Positions 1-11,500 of a DNA stretch of 59,131 bases are shown in pieces. Within the stretch, counting starts at the first letter, position 1. Each line of letters opens with the position of its first letter. Source of the DNA: a virus (lineage: Duplodnaviria > Caudoviricetes); IMG/VR virus record IMGVR_UViG_3300034283_001738, positions 1 to 59,131 of that record. One strand, given 5' to 3'. Position numbers and translations under genes: made by a program. Below the pieces are notes generated by a model, which had not been told where the DNA came from, ran no database searches, and saw only the letters and a list, made by a program, of their open reading frames with translations.

Positions 1-1
1 G

Positions 2-505
2 GACGGGTCTCTGACTGATGCTGCACGTGGACAAATTGTAGATAGATTAAAGTTACAAAGAAACGATTTCTTTGAGTATAAGGGTCAGTTATATAGAGTT
101 ACTGGATCAAAGACAAACACTCAAAGAGCTTATTTGCAAAAAGCAGCTGGCGGAATGATAACTGGTCCAGGATCTGGAACCTCTGATTCTATACCAGCAA
201 TGCTTTCCAATGGTGAGTATGTAATAAATGCTGCTGCTGTAAAGAATATTGGCGTACCTATGTTAGATAGAATTAATGGAATGGCTCAAGGTGGACTAGC
301 CACTAGATTTGATATTCCAAAATATTCAACTGGTGGAAGAATAATGTATGGATCTGGCGGTGGACCAGCAGGAAACTCAAATGCATTATATAATATTAAT
401 GTTACACTTAATGGATCAGATATGAATCCTGACGATGTGGCTAAGGCTATCAGCAGAGAAATGAAGCTAAGAGAAGCAGCATCTGGAATAGGTAGGAGGT
501 ACTAA
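2..505 (+). CDS. Tape measure protein, C-terminal fragment (5' partial)
   Basis: Frame is open from base 2. Contains GPGSGTSDSIPAMLSNGEYVINAAAV, typical of actinophage tape-measure C-termini, and precedes tail genes. Confidence 0.8.
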   Translation, partial: DGSLTDAARGQIVDRLKLQRNDFFEYKGQLYRVTGSKTNTQRAYLQKAAGGMITGPGSGTSDSIPAMLSNGEYVINAAAVKNIGVPMLDRINGMAQGGLATRFDIPKYSTGGRIMYGSGGGPAGNSNALYNINVTLNGSDMNPDDVAKAISREMKLREAASGIGRRY

Positions 506-1095
506 TGGCATTTGAGAATTTACCTAAAGGTTCTATCCTTTACATAAAGGCAACAGACCCTCTTGCTATAGATCCTGCAAATAATCAATTTACCTATGGT
601 GGATCTACATTTACTGCTCCAGGACAAAAGTATTTATCGGCGGTGGCTACAAGAAACGGACTTGCCGTCGGAAATAAAACTCAAACCAGATTTAGAAGAG
701 TAACAGAGCATAATAGGTCAGAATTTAGTGTAACCCCTATCAGAATAGAAAGGCAAGAAAGAATGGCTAATGGGTCTCTACGTAAATACGTAATAGCAGA
801 CAAGAAGTCATTTAGCCTATCTTGGACAATGTTGCCATCATTTAGAAATGAGACGGTAGATGGAGCATGGGGGGCGGAAGACCTAAAAGCCTTCTATGAA
901 TCTACACTAGGACAAGGTACATTTGATATTATGATAAATCCTACATCCTTTGATCCAGCAGTCAATTTAGAGAATACAGGCGTATTAGCAGATGATTATA
1001 CCTATACAGTTACATTTACATCTTGTGACTTTGTAGTAGTTAAAAGAGGCATCCAGGCATATTGGAATGTAAATATGAGCATGGAGCAGGTATGA
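505..1095 (+). CDS. Minor tail / distal-tail-like protein
   Basis: 196 aa, TAATG-coupled to the tape measure. ERMANGSLRKY...FSLSW motif; call rests mostly on position. Confidence 0.6.
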   Translation: MAFENLPKGSILYIKATDPLAIDPANNQFTYGGSTFTAPGQKYLSAVATRNGLAVGNKTQTRFRRVTEHNRSEFSVTPIRIERQERMANGSLRKYVIADKKSFSLSWTMLPSFRNETVDGAWGAEDLKAFYESTLGQGTFDIMINPTSFDPAVNLENTGVLADDYTYTVTFTSCDFVVVKRGIQAYWNVNMSMEQV

Positions 1096-4000
1096 TCCAA
1101 TTAAATGAAACAGTTAAGAATATATTAAAGACGAGTAGGAGTATCTCTACTTCGGCGGGCGCACTTATTGAGTACAATATGAATAATATGGTGAATCATA
1201 TTAGCGGAACATCTAATGCTAATTATGGAGACCTTACTAATGCTTATAATAAGTTATTTCCTATAGACACAATATACAAACCATTTAGACCCTTACTCCC
1301 AGGAATTAAATATTTAATTTATACAGTAGGGAATACTGACACTCAAGAAAACTCATTTGTTTCCCCCAGAGAATTAAATCCAGAAGGCACAAGACTATAC
1401 TATCCTGGAGACAGCATGACATACAAGTATTGGCTTGGCCCTAAGGATGAAGATATTAGTATTTCTATCTCATACTTTAAAGATGAAGCTAAAACAATTC
1501 CAAAGATAATCGTAGCAAATAAAATTATTGCAAGATTTGAGGTTAGTCATGATGTTCCAACTTCATGGACAATTACCGCAACTAAGCAGGACAACACTAC
1601 AATCACTGCAACAGGAACCGCACTTGTTAATGGTCAAGCAACGATTTACTATAACGGAACAACTTGGTCTACAAACGAACCATCTACATTTAATGCTTAT
1701 CAACAATTTAAATCTATATCATTGCAAGCCGTTAACTCAAACAGTGGTAAGCTAATAGGAGTAATAGAGTTTGCCCCTATTTGGGTGGTAGACATTACAA
1801 ATGATATTCAAAGTTTTAATATTTTAAAAGAAACCAGCGACGACACAGACTCAATTATTCCAGTAGGAAATTTAACAGCAAATACATTGTCGCTATCTTT
1901 AAATAAATATACTCAAGGATCTTTAAACTTAAAAGAGTACCTTAGAGATTCTGATATAGACCCTACAATATTATACGCATTTAAAGATGCAGTTATTAAA
2001 CCTTATATAGCAATTAAAGATGGAGCCACATCTTATAAAATAAATCAAGGATTATTTTATATGCATTCATGGTCTATCGGAGAGTTTGGAAATGGCGATG
2101 TAACGGCTTTAGATTCCGCAAAAATACTTCAAGAAATTTTATGTCCTGAAATATTAATACAGGACTATCCAATTACTGCTGTGATAAGAACACTGTTAGA
2201 CTCTGTAGGATTTTCTAATTATAAGTTTTATGTTAAAGATGAGGACGAATCTATTCCTTCCGTTAAGTACTGGTGGTCGGACAGAAGCAAGACAGTTTGG
2301 GAATGCCTACAAGAGCTATGTAGAGACATACAAATGAATGCGTTTGTTGACGAAAATAATATACTTAACTTTTATAGTAGGGAGTATATTTATGACTCAG
2401 AAAAAAATCCTGATTGGATTTTAACTAGTGAAAATTATGTAGATGGCAGCACTACAATTATTCCAAACATAGTAGACTTTTCTTCTTCAGAGATAGCATC
2501 TGCAAATGCTGTAAAGGTAATATGGTCAGCAGCTTCTACATCAGAATATGACGGATCATCTTCGCCACTATGGAAATCAGAAGAGACATACTTAGGCGCA
2601 GGAACATTAGCTGATCCATTGACGAGCACAGACGAATATTTTTCTTTAAACAATAGCACAATATCTCAAGACAATAACTTGCAAGCATTATTTAGCTTTA
2701 ATGGATACGTTTTGATTAATGATGAGATTATTGAATATGATGGCATTGAATACCAGTATGTTCCAAAAGATGGGCCTTCTGATCCTCAAGAAGTATTAAT
2801 TAAGTCTGAGTCTGATATTTACAAATATAGGTACCTGTCTAAACCAGGGTATGAAGATATTAACAATATTAATAGTGCATACTTTAAGCCAACAGGAAGG
2901 TACAAGATTAAATCAAGAGCTTTGTGGAATACAAAAACACCTCCTACTCATGAAAAATCTCCAAACTCATACATCAATGTGGCTGGAGAAAATGATCCTA
3001 AAAAGTTTAATAGATATTCAGTTAAACTGCTATCTGCCACAGCATCTACCAAAAAAGAAGACGATCCAGGATTATTTAAGTCTGACGCAAATTCTCAACA
3101 GAATACTATCAGTAAATCATTTTTAGCTTTAAGTAATTTGGACAAGGATAAAACTACATACGATATAGCAGTCAGATCCTTTGACTCAATAGATACTTCA
3201 AAAAATTACTTTGCATTTGGCACCAGAATGTATTTTGATACACAGTTTGAAAGCCCTGCACAAATAGGAGGCTTAGCCCTTTTTACATCTAATGATGGCA
3301 AGAATGGCTACTATATAACTATTCATACAACTGCATCTTCCAAAACAAAAAAAGAAATTAGAATTATGAAATTTAGTAATAATGGCAAAGTGTTGTTGTT
3401 AAAAGATAGTCAATCAAAAAGTATAAATAGGTTGGCTGGCATATATGCTGGCCAAGCATACAATATAGATGTTAGGCTAAAAGTTGGAGTAGAACAAAAC
3501 GAAATAGTTGTGTTTATTAACGGATTTAAAATAAAGGCTGTTGATAACAATACAGATACATCTCCAAAATTATCAAAAGGGAAAAACATAGGATTACTCT
3601 GCGGACAAGGGGTTGTATATTATGAATATGCGTATGCAAAGTCTATAGAAGACACAGAGTATGAAAATTCAACTGCAAAGAGTAGTTTCTTTTTTGACGG
3701 AGTTTTTTCTGACGATACGATTTCATTACTACATGGAAATATCGTTTATTCACAAGGAGAGAATGAAAATAAAAGAGATGAGGCGTTCCTGGAGTTTGGC
3801 ACTACTGCCAGAGAAATAAGAAAGTCTAAGGTTAAATATAATGGAGGGCCTTCAATTCCGTTAAAGTTTTCTACGGCTGCAAATAAGTATGCAACCGTTC
3901 TTGACACTAAACTTCAGCCGTTTGAAGCCGAAGCTTATGTTTTAAACAACACATCAACTTTTATTCCATTGGATGATGGAAACTATAGCAGTTTTTATGT

Positions 4001-4340
4001 ATTAGGAAATACAGTAAATAAATCTAGCCCATTAGAATATAGTACACACGATGCTTCTGAGCTTGCAACAAAAGAGCCAGTCATATTTGAATCAAATTGG
4101 ATACAAACTGAACCAGCAGCTAAGGCCTTGGCGGATTGGGTATCTAGTACTGTTTTAAATAAAGGAAGATATGTAGAAATGAATATCTTTGGAAACCCAG
4201 CCTTATCAGCTGGAGACATAGTATCAATAAATTATCCATTGCAACAGCTAGATGCAAACAACAAGTATATTGTTACACGGGTAGAAACGCAATATTCTGA
4301 GGGGGTATCCACTAGACTAACCTGCAGAGCTATTGGATAG
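1092..4340 (+). CDS. Large minor tail / baseplate hub protein
   Basis: ATGA overlap at 1092. Has TVWECLQELCRD and a C-terminal GNPALSAGDIVSI hub-like motif. Confidence 0.65.
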   Translation: MIQLNETVKNILKTSRSISTSAGALIEYNMNNMVNHISGTSNANYGDLTNAYNKLFPIDTIYKPFRPLLPGIKYLIYTVGNTDTQENSFVSPRELNPEGTRLYYPGDSMTYKYWLGPKDEDISISISYFKDEAKTIPKIIVANKIIARFEVSHDVPTSWTITATKQDNTTITATGTALVNGQATIYYNGTTWSTNEPSTFNAYQQFKSISLQAVNSNSGKLIGVIEFAPIWVVDITNDIQSFNILKETSDDTDSIIPVGNLTANTLSLSLNKYTQGSLNLKEYLRDSDIDPTILYAFKDAVIKPYIAIKDGATSYKINQGLFYMHSWSIGEFGNGDVTALDSAKILQEILCPEILIQDYPITAVIRTLLDSVGFSNYKFYVKDEDESIPSVKYWWSDRSKTVWECLQELCRDIQMNAFVDENNILNFYSREYIYDSEKNPDWILTSENYVDGSTTIIPNIVDFSSSEIASANAVKVIWSAASTSEYDGSSSPLWKSEETYLGAGTLADPLTSTDEYFSLNNSTISQDNNLQALFSFNGYVLINDEIIEYDGIEYQYVPKDGPSDPQEVLIKSESDIYKYRYLSKPGYEDINNINSAYFKPTGRYKIKSRALWNTKTPPTHEKSPNSYINVAGENDPKKFNRYSVKLLSATASTKKEDDPGLFKSDANSQQNTISKSFLALSNLDKDKTTYDIAVRSFDSIDTSKNYFAFGTRMYFDTQFESPAQIGGLALFTSNDGKNGYYITIHTTASSKTKKEIRIMKFSNNGKVLLLKDSQSKSINRLAGIYAGQAYNIDVRLKVGVEQNEIVVFINGFKIKAVDNNTDTSPKLSKGKNIGLLCGQGVVYYEYAYAKSIEDTEYENSTAKSSFFFDGVFSDDTISLLHGNIVYSQGENENKRDEAFLEFGTTAREIRKSKVKYNGGPSIPLKFSTAANKYATVLDTKLQPFEAEAYVLNNTSTFIPLDDGNYSSFYVLGNTVNKSSPLEYSTHDASELATKEPVIFESNWIQTEPAAKALADWVSSTVLNKGRYVEMNIFGNPALSAGDIVSINYPLQQLDANNKYIVTRVETQYSEGVSTRLTCRAIG

Positions 4341-4345
4341 TCAAA

Positions 4346-4354
4346 TGGTATAAT
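4346..4354 (+). promoter_or_regulatory. Extended -10 promoter (TGGTATAAT), leaderless
   Basis: TATAAT ends 6 nt before ATG 4361; no SD. Confidence 0.55.
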
Positions 4355-4360
4355 AAATAA

Positions 4361-4732
4361 ATGGGTAAAGAGACCGATAAAAAATTAAGCTCTTTAGATA
4401 TATCTGAAGTAGCGCCAATTGTTGTAGATAAATTTTCTACCGATGATTATTTTTTAGCTAACAAATGGCGTGGTGGCAAACCATTAACTGGCATAATTAC
4501 AAATGCAAAGTTTCCATTTAGCATAACCGAAGGCGGAAGCGGAGGAGATGGTGATGGAGACGGTGACGGAGATGGGGAAGATCGTCCAGGAGTAGGAGAT
4601 ATATCAATAGTAAGCCAAGAGGTTTATTATGACAATGCTGGAATGGCAAGAGTAAAAGTAACATTTAAGGTTTATAATTCAAGCGAGGAGCCTATAGACA
4701 AGTTTGCATTTGTCATAGCGCCTAAGGTATAG
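4361..4732 (+). CDS. Hypothetical virion protein with Gly-Asp linker
   Basis: 123-aa ORF in the tail module with a GGDGDGDGDGDG tract. Confidence 0.6.
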   Translation: MGKETDKKLSSLDISEVAPIVVDKFSTDDYFLANKWRGGKPLTGIITNAKFPFSITEGGSGGDGDGDGDGDGEDRPGVGDISIVSQEVYYDNAGMARVKVTFKVYNSSEEPIDKFAFVIAPKV

Positions 4733-4739
4733 GAGAGAA

Positions 4740-5600
4740 ATGATAACTCAATTTGGAAAACGTTTTTTGACAAACTTTATAGCTGGCAATGCCTCATTTG
4801 CGACTAAAGATTTAGCAGTTGGTATTGCAAATAATTCTGAGTATTCATTATCTAACACAAACTCAAGACTAGGGTTTGAATTCTATAGAATGCCAGTAGA
4901 GTTTGGAGGAATAAATATAGACACTTCTGTATCTCCAAATACTTATACTGTTATATATTCAGCAACACTACCCTCAGACCTTGCTGGTAAAATAAACGAA
5001 ATTGGAATATTTCCAGGAACCAGATCTTCAATAAATAATTACGATAGCAAATTTATTACAGACTTCGAGCTGCCTTTTGACTGGAGCCCAACTCCAGACA
5101 TAGATCAATCTAATTATAGAGTTGGTAATAGTTCACTTGTATTTGAATCAAACGGGGCGGCAGATCAAGAATATGTTTCTACTATAGAAACTTTAGATAT
5201 TAGCGGATACAGTAATTTTGACACAATATCTTTTTCATTCAAAGCACTAGATTCTAATTTATCTGAAATTAAATTAAGATTATATAGCTCAGCATCTAAT
5301 TATGTAGAAATGATATTTGATTCTTATTCTGCAGGAAACAATATTGTAGAAAAAACTTTATCGGAGTTTGTAACGGTTGGGTCTCCAGATAAAGCAAATA
5401 TAACACAAATAGGAATTGTTATATCCCCAACCTCTTCAGCAACATCAGTCGTTGTTGACGGGTTAAGAATAAATGACGAAGACACTTTTGATCCAGCATA
5501 TGGACTTATTTCTAGAAAGGTTTTGCCTTCTGAGGTTGAAAAAGTTTCAGGTAAAGAATTAATTATAGAATACAAGATGGACCTTTCTTTCGGAGGATAA
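4740..5600 (+). CDS. Minor tail protein (tail-collar-like N-terminus, possible carbohydrate-binding fold)
   Basis: MITQFGKRFL...INEIGIF pattern of tail-fibre/collar proteins; SD AGGAG. Confidence 0.6.
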   Translation: MITQFGKRFLTNFIAGNASFATKDLAVGIANNSEYSLSNTNSRLGFEFYRMPVEFGGINIDTSVSPNTYTVIYSATLPSDLAGKINEIGIFPGTRSSINNYDSKFITDFELPFDWSPTPDIDQSNYRVGNSSLVFESNGAADQEYVSTIETLDISGYSNFDTISFSFKALDSNLSEIKLRLYSSASNYVEMIFDSYSAGNNIVEKTLSEFVTVGSPDKANITQIGIVISPTSSATSVVVDGLRINDEDTFDPAYGLISRKVLPSEVEKVSGKELIIEYKMDLSFGG

Positions 5601-5601
5601 A

Positions 5602-8562
5602 TTGGCTCAATATCAAGATCTAAATAGCCAGACTAGGGATGGTGATTACTTTAAAGTAGTAATTGCAGATTTAGACCCTAGTACTGATTACCTATTAAGA
5701 TTCGGTTGGGTATTTTCTGATAAGGAAAAGGGAGAAAGCCCACTCTCTAATGTATTTGAATTTAGAACAATAGATGCAGTTAAGCAGGAAGTAGCAAATG
5801 TAGTTGCTACCTGGGAGGGAACTACTCTCAAGGTGACATGGGACAAGACATCAACCCTAGCCAAGGGATATCAAATATATTTAACTAATTCATCAACTAC
5901 AAGAAGTTGGACACAATCAATAGACGCCTCACAAACTCAGCAGGTTTGGACACTATCTAAAGAATCTAATAAAGCAAATTTTGGTAACACATTTAGAACT
6001 TCTTTTACAGGATTTTTAAAAACTACATATTTAGATGGCACAACATCAGGAGTTGCATTTACGGTACCAGAATACGCAGATGCAATATGCTCGCTTTCTA
6101 TAGGTGTTGATGATTGGTCGGTCACCTCAATAGACAACGGATTTACAGCTTCATGGAAAATAAATTCCGTAGATTACCCAACTTATAAGTACACAGAAGT
6201 TTGGGTTGAAGATCCAGACACATTAGTTTATGATAAGGTTTATTCTGGAACTGGTCCAGCAACCGAAAAACTTTATTCGCTAGCTTTACATAATGTAAAG
6301 ATAAAACACTTTTCTGAAAGTGGTTGTAGCACTGGGTTTTCTGATATCAAGCAGGCTAAGGCTTTTGACACTATAGAGTTTGATAATACTCCACCAGACC
6401 CAGTAGTAAATCCAACAGCAGCTTGGAGCGGTACAGACTTAGTTGTTTCCTTTACTATGCCAGCTCAAAACATACCAACATATGTAAAGGTTCACCTTAC
6501 TTACTCTGGACAAACAGAGTACTTTGAAAAAACAGTTTCTGGAATTGCAGCTTCTGCGAACACGTCAGTAAAAATTAGTAGAACAGAATTAATTGACGGA
6601 TTTGGAGCCAGCCCATCTTCATTTACAGCTGGATACGTAACAGACTTAGACATATATAGGAATGAGAATACAACTCAAGTTCTTATATCAAATATATCTT
6701 CTATATCTAAACCAAATCCATTAGCTGGAAAGACTACAACCATTTCTGTAGCAGGAGCCGCTAATGCCTATGTAGTTTCTTCAAATTTTGACTCAAAGGC
6801 AACTGGAATAAAAGTTTATCAAAGCTCCACAGAGAATGGAACTTATACATTAGTAGCCTCATCTAATTCTAGTCCAGTTATTGTCTATGATGAAACTAAT
6901 GCTGGCAACACCGTTTGGGTAAAAGCAGAATGGACTTCTGAAGATGGAAACGCTTCAATATCTATAGCACATTCAGTAGAAATTCTTGATGTAGGTGCTT
7001 TGTCTATTATTGAAAATCCAATTAAGATAAAAACCAATGGATCTATATTTGCTGGAACTCTTGATATAAATGATGAGCCAGTTTTAACTGGAGCTAGAGC
7101 AGTATTTAATAAGCGTGGTTTTTTCTTATATGACGATAATGATGAGAATGGGCTGAATCCTACTACACAAATTATTGGTGAAGATAATGGAGTTACTGCT
7201 ACCTTTATAACTAAAAAAGCAAAAATTGCTAACTGGGTTATATCTGATACAAAAATAGAAAACACTTTAAATGCTGCGGCAGGTTCATACACTGGATTAT
7301 CTCCTAGCGGCACCTATGCCTTTTGGGCAGGAGGAGGCGTAGCTGGAGGATATTCAGTTAATGCTAATGAAGATGCAAAGTTTTCTGTAACTAAAGAAGG
7401 CTCTGTAATTGCAAGAAATATAAAAGTTTTAGGCGGAGAAATACAAGTAGGGTCTAAATTTAAAGTAAACACTCAAGGAGATCTTGAAGCTACAAACGTT
7501 AAATTATCTGGAGAGATTAAAGCGGCTTCTGGAATATTAGGAACTGTTGAGATAGGCGGAACAATAGGCGGAGTCACATATGCTGGACAATTATTAATTG
7601 ATGCATCCAATGGATCAAAAGTAGAAATTGGAAAATATACTAGTGGCGACATAAAGAATCCTGTAAATGGATTTTCTGGAATTCAAGTAACTGGGTCTAC
7701 TGGAAAGTATGTGCAACTTGATCCATTAAATGGAATTATAGCAGTTAAGGGAGATATAGGTGGCTGGGAGATAAAGGCTACTGAGATATCTAAAAATCAA
7801 ACAAAATTAGGATCTGATGGATCTATTCAGGCTGGTGCAGACGGAGTATTTAAGGTTACAACTGCAGGAGCATTAACTGCTACTGACGCAACTATAATGG
7901 GAACTGTCAGGGCAAACGAAGGCGGATTTGGAACATTTAAGTCTGACATGACAGATATTGATAAGGGCTGGAAGATAGATGCAGCTAAATTAGTTTCAAC
8001 TGGCTATTCTACTGGAATCACTAAAGTAGAACTTGATGGAGAAACTGGTTCTATAAAAGGCGCAAACATTTTTGGCTCAGTATTATATTTAAATAATACT
8101 GGAGCTACTACTGGCACAGATTATATTTCTTCTGGAGGTAGTTTTAGGTTAGGTCAGGGCAGAGTAAATTATAATTATTCTACAAATACCTTGGCGGTTC
8201 AAGGAGACATTCATGGTTCCGATGTATATATAGGAACATATGATGATGATAATTATACTGATGCTCCAGATTACATTAAAGGCAATGGACAAATAAGGTT
8301 AGGAAATGGTAGAATAGTTTATGATCCTGGATCTAGTGAATTAAGTATTACTAATACAAAACTTTATTTAAATATTGTAAGTAATGAAGACGGAACATTT
8401 GGAGATTCAACAATCGTTCAAGATAAAAATGGGTTATTGACTACTGGAAGAGCTTTTTATTATGGTGGAAATAATTATCCAAATGGTGCTACGTCAAGAA
8501 GTACGGCACAAGGTGGAAGAGATTTTGTTGTTGGTGATGTATGGTTAAGCAGAAAGGCATAA
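5602..8562 (+). CDS. Tail fibre / minor tail protein with FN3-like domains
   Basis: 986 aa with FN3-like segments (DLDPSTDYLLR, DNTPPDPV) and Gly-rich beta repeats (GDIGGWEI) in the C-terminal half. Confidence 0.7.
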   Translation: MAQYQDLNSQTRDGDYFKVVIADLDPSTDYLLRFGWVFSDKEKGESPLSNVFEFRTIDAVKQEVANVVATWEGTTLKVTWDKTSTLAKGYQIYLTNSSTTRSWTQSIDASQTQQVWTLSKESNKANFGNTFRTSFTGFLKTTYLDGTTSGVAFTVPEYADAICSLSIGVDDWSVTSIDNGFTASWKINSVDYPTYKYTEVWVEDPDTLVYDKVYSGTGPATEKLYSLALHNVKIKHFSESGCSTGFSDIKQAKAFDTIEFDNTPPDPVVNPTAAWSGTDLVVSFTMPAQNIPTYVKVHLTYSGQTEYFEKTVSGIAASANTSVKISRTELIDGFGASPSSFTAGYVTDLDIYRNENTTQVLISNISSISKPNPLAGKTTTISVAGAANAYVVSSNFDSKATGIKVYQSSTENGTYTLVASSNSSPVIVYDETNAGNTVWVKAEWTSEDGNASISIAHSVEILDVGALSIIENPIKIKTNGSIFAGTLDINDEPVLTGARAVFNKRGFFLYDDNDENGLNPTTQIIGEDNGVTATFITKKAKIANWVISDTKIENTLNAAAGSYTGLSPSGTYAFWAGGGVAGGYSVNANEDAKFSVTKEGSVIARNIKVLGGEIQVGSKFKVNTQGDLEATNVKLSGEIKAASGILGTVEIGGTIGGVTYAGQLLIDASNGSKVEIGKYTSGDIKNPVNGFSGIQVTGSTGKYVQLDPLNGIIAVKGDIGGWEIKATEISKNQTKLGSDGSIQAGADGVFKVTTAGALTATDATIMGTVRANEGGFGTFKSDMTDIDKGWKIDAAKLVSTGYSTGITKVELDGETGSIKGANIFGSVLYLNNTGATTGTDYISSGGSFRLGQGRVNYNYSTNTLAVQGDIHGSDVYIGTYDDDNYTDAPDYIKGNGQIRLGNGRIVYDPGSSELSITNTKLYLNIVSNEDGTFGDSTIVQDKNGLLTTGRAFYYGGNNYPNGATSRSTAQGGRDFVVGDVWLSRKA

Positions 8563-11500
8563 ATGAGCTGGTGGCGAAAAAACGGACCTGGTGAAGATAG
8601 TGTCTCTGAAAACGGCTGGATCCAAATTAAAAGTATTTGGAGAAAAGCCTCACCTCAAGATGAAGCAAACTCTAATGAAAGTCAAAATCCGTGGGTAATT
8701 GATGGATGGCTAAAAATAAAAAGTGCTTGGCGACTAGATTCAATAGTAAATGGTGTTAGAAATTGGGTAAGAATATTTTCTGGCACTAATCTTCCAACTC
8801 CTAAAATTCCATACACAGAGCTATACTATATTTGGCCAGATGGTTTTGAAACAATTGATAGTCCAATCAATGGGTCAAGCATGTATGTTACAAGAGGATC
8901 TTGGACAGAAGAGCCAGAAGAATTTAGATTAAGAATTCAAGAGCTTGCACCAGGAGGAACATGGTCTGCATTATATGATTTTACTAAAATTTATGAAGAA
9001 TATTTAGAGTCTCAGTCAACAAACAAATTCCCATCAGATGCAAATGCGGCATCTAGACCAGTTATATCTAAAACTAAAACTAGGCAAGGTTATAAGTTTA
9101 GAGGAAGGGTTGATGCAAAGACTCCAGGAGGTTTAGAAAACTTTTATATAACTCCAGAATCAATGCCTAGAATTGATTTCTACATAGCAGACTTTATTGT
9201 GTATGACGAAGAAGCTGACGGAGCTACATTTAGCTGGTCTTACGCAGCACTTGCCACAGGTAATACCGTAGATGATAATTTAGATATATTTTCTCAAAAA
9301 CTTAATGTTTATGACGAATTAGGTGAGTTATTGATGTCAATTCCAGTAACCACCCCAACAACTACATACATATTAACTAGCCCACTTCTTGAGCCAAATA
9401 AGATTTACAGTGTTGAGTTAGAGGTTGTTGGAACAGATGGTTATACTGAGACAGATGATAAAACTATAGATTATGCTTATGTGGACTTAGAGACTATTAT
9501 AGACGAACCAGTAAATGTTACACCACCAACTCTTACCCTTCAATCTGGAACAGCAAACAAAACAGGTTCAACTTATAGGCTTTCTTCTGGAGAGTGGACA
9601 AACGAACCAACAGAATTTAGATATCAGCTAGAGTTAAATAATGAAGCTGGAACAGTGCTAGCTTATTACCCATCTTCTACTGGTTACACTTCAGAAACTT
9701 ATTTCGATTATCAATTTACTAGCCCAACCACAAGTACAGTTTCTGGATCTGTAATAGCAAGTAATGGGGCTGACAGCCTCCCAGCATATTCAAACTCTAT
9801 AGGGCCAATTACTCAACTTCAGTATACTATAACTTATGAGGAGCTTGGGGGTACAGTAGTATCAGATGATATTGTAAATGCAGGAAGCAGTGTATTTTTG
9901 CCAACTACCTCTAGGCAAGGTTACATTTTTAATGGATGGTACACAGAGCCACTAGGTGGTGGCACTTATGTTGGTGGAGGAGGCCCAACTCCTACATCAT
10001 ACACTCCAACTGAAAGTATAACTCTTTATGCTAGCTGGACAGGAATAGAGTATACAGTAACGTGGAATAAAAATGATGGAACTTCAGACTTTACTTCTGA
10101 TACTGTTATTTCTGGAACCACAATATATGCACCAACACCCTCTTCTAGAGAACATTATAATTTCACTAGATGGAGAAATCCACAGTCTGGTGGAGACCCA
10201 ATATTTCTTAATGCTGGTGATGCGTGGATAGTAACATACTCATTTCAATTTTATGCACAATGGGTTGCAAAAACTTATACTGTTACATTTAATTATGGCT
10301 CAGGAACTGGAACTCCAGCGACAAGATCAGTTCAATATCCAGGAACAGTAACTTTACCTACTCCAGATTCAAACGCAGACTATATTTTCAATGGATGGTA
10401 CACTGGTCCAAACGCAACGGGAACTTTTGTCGGAGGAAGCGGGCCAACACCAACACAGTATCAGCCAACAAGCAATATAACGCTGTATGCAGACTATACA
10501 ATTGCTCAGCGTACAATAACATGGAATGCCAACGGAGGAACTGGCGGAGGAACTACTGGACCGTTCAATGCAGGTACAGCTCATACTGCGCCTTCACCAG
10601 GTACAAGAGCAAACTATGCATTCTTGTACTGGAGAGATTCTATTTCTGGTGACTATGCATTCCAGGTTGCTGACGGTGGCACATTTATTCCTCCATACTC
10701 TGGAATGACTTTTTATGCTAGATGGTCTTTAAATCAATATACAGTTTCATATAACGGAAACGGTGGAACACCAACTAGAACTTCAGATATTGTGAATGCA
10801 GGATCATCAATCACATTGCCTTCAGCTTCAAGAGATGGCTACGTTTTGGATGGCTGGTACACTGCTGCTACTGGAGGAACATTTTTAGGAAATCCAGGGT
10901 CATCATATACCCCGTCTGCTTCAGTTACTATATATGCTAGATGGTCTGTTATCACATACACAGTAACGTGGAACGCAAATGGTGGCACCGTTAACCCAAC
11001 ATCAAGCTCAGGAGTTTTGGGTCAAGTTGTGACTGCACCTACTCCCACCAGAGACGGATATACTTTTGTTTATTGGAGAAATCCATCCTCTGGAGATATG
11101 CTTTACAATATATCAGCAGGAGCTAACTGGTCTATAAATGGCAGCATAACTTTTACTGCAGTTTGGTCAATAGCCCAGTACACAGTATCTTTTAGTGCAA
11201 ATGGTGGAACTGTTAGCCCATCTTCTAGCACCGTGAATGCTGGATCTTCAGTCACCTTGCCAACACCAAGCAGAGACGGATATAGTCTTAATGGATGGTA
11301 CACACAGTCTTCTGGTGGCACCTTTCTTGGTCAACCTGGTACAAGTTATACTCCAACTTCCTCAATTACTATTTACGCACAATGGGCAATAACACAATAT
11401 ACAATAAACTGGAATGCCAACGGAGGAACGGGAGGAGGAACTACTGGACCGTTCAATGCAGGAACCTCACATACCGCACCATCTCCAGGAACAAGAAGTG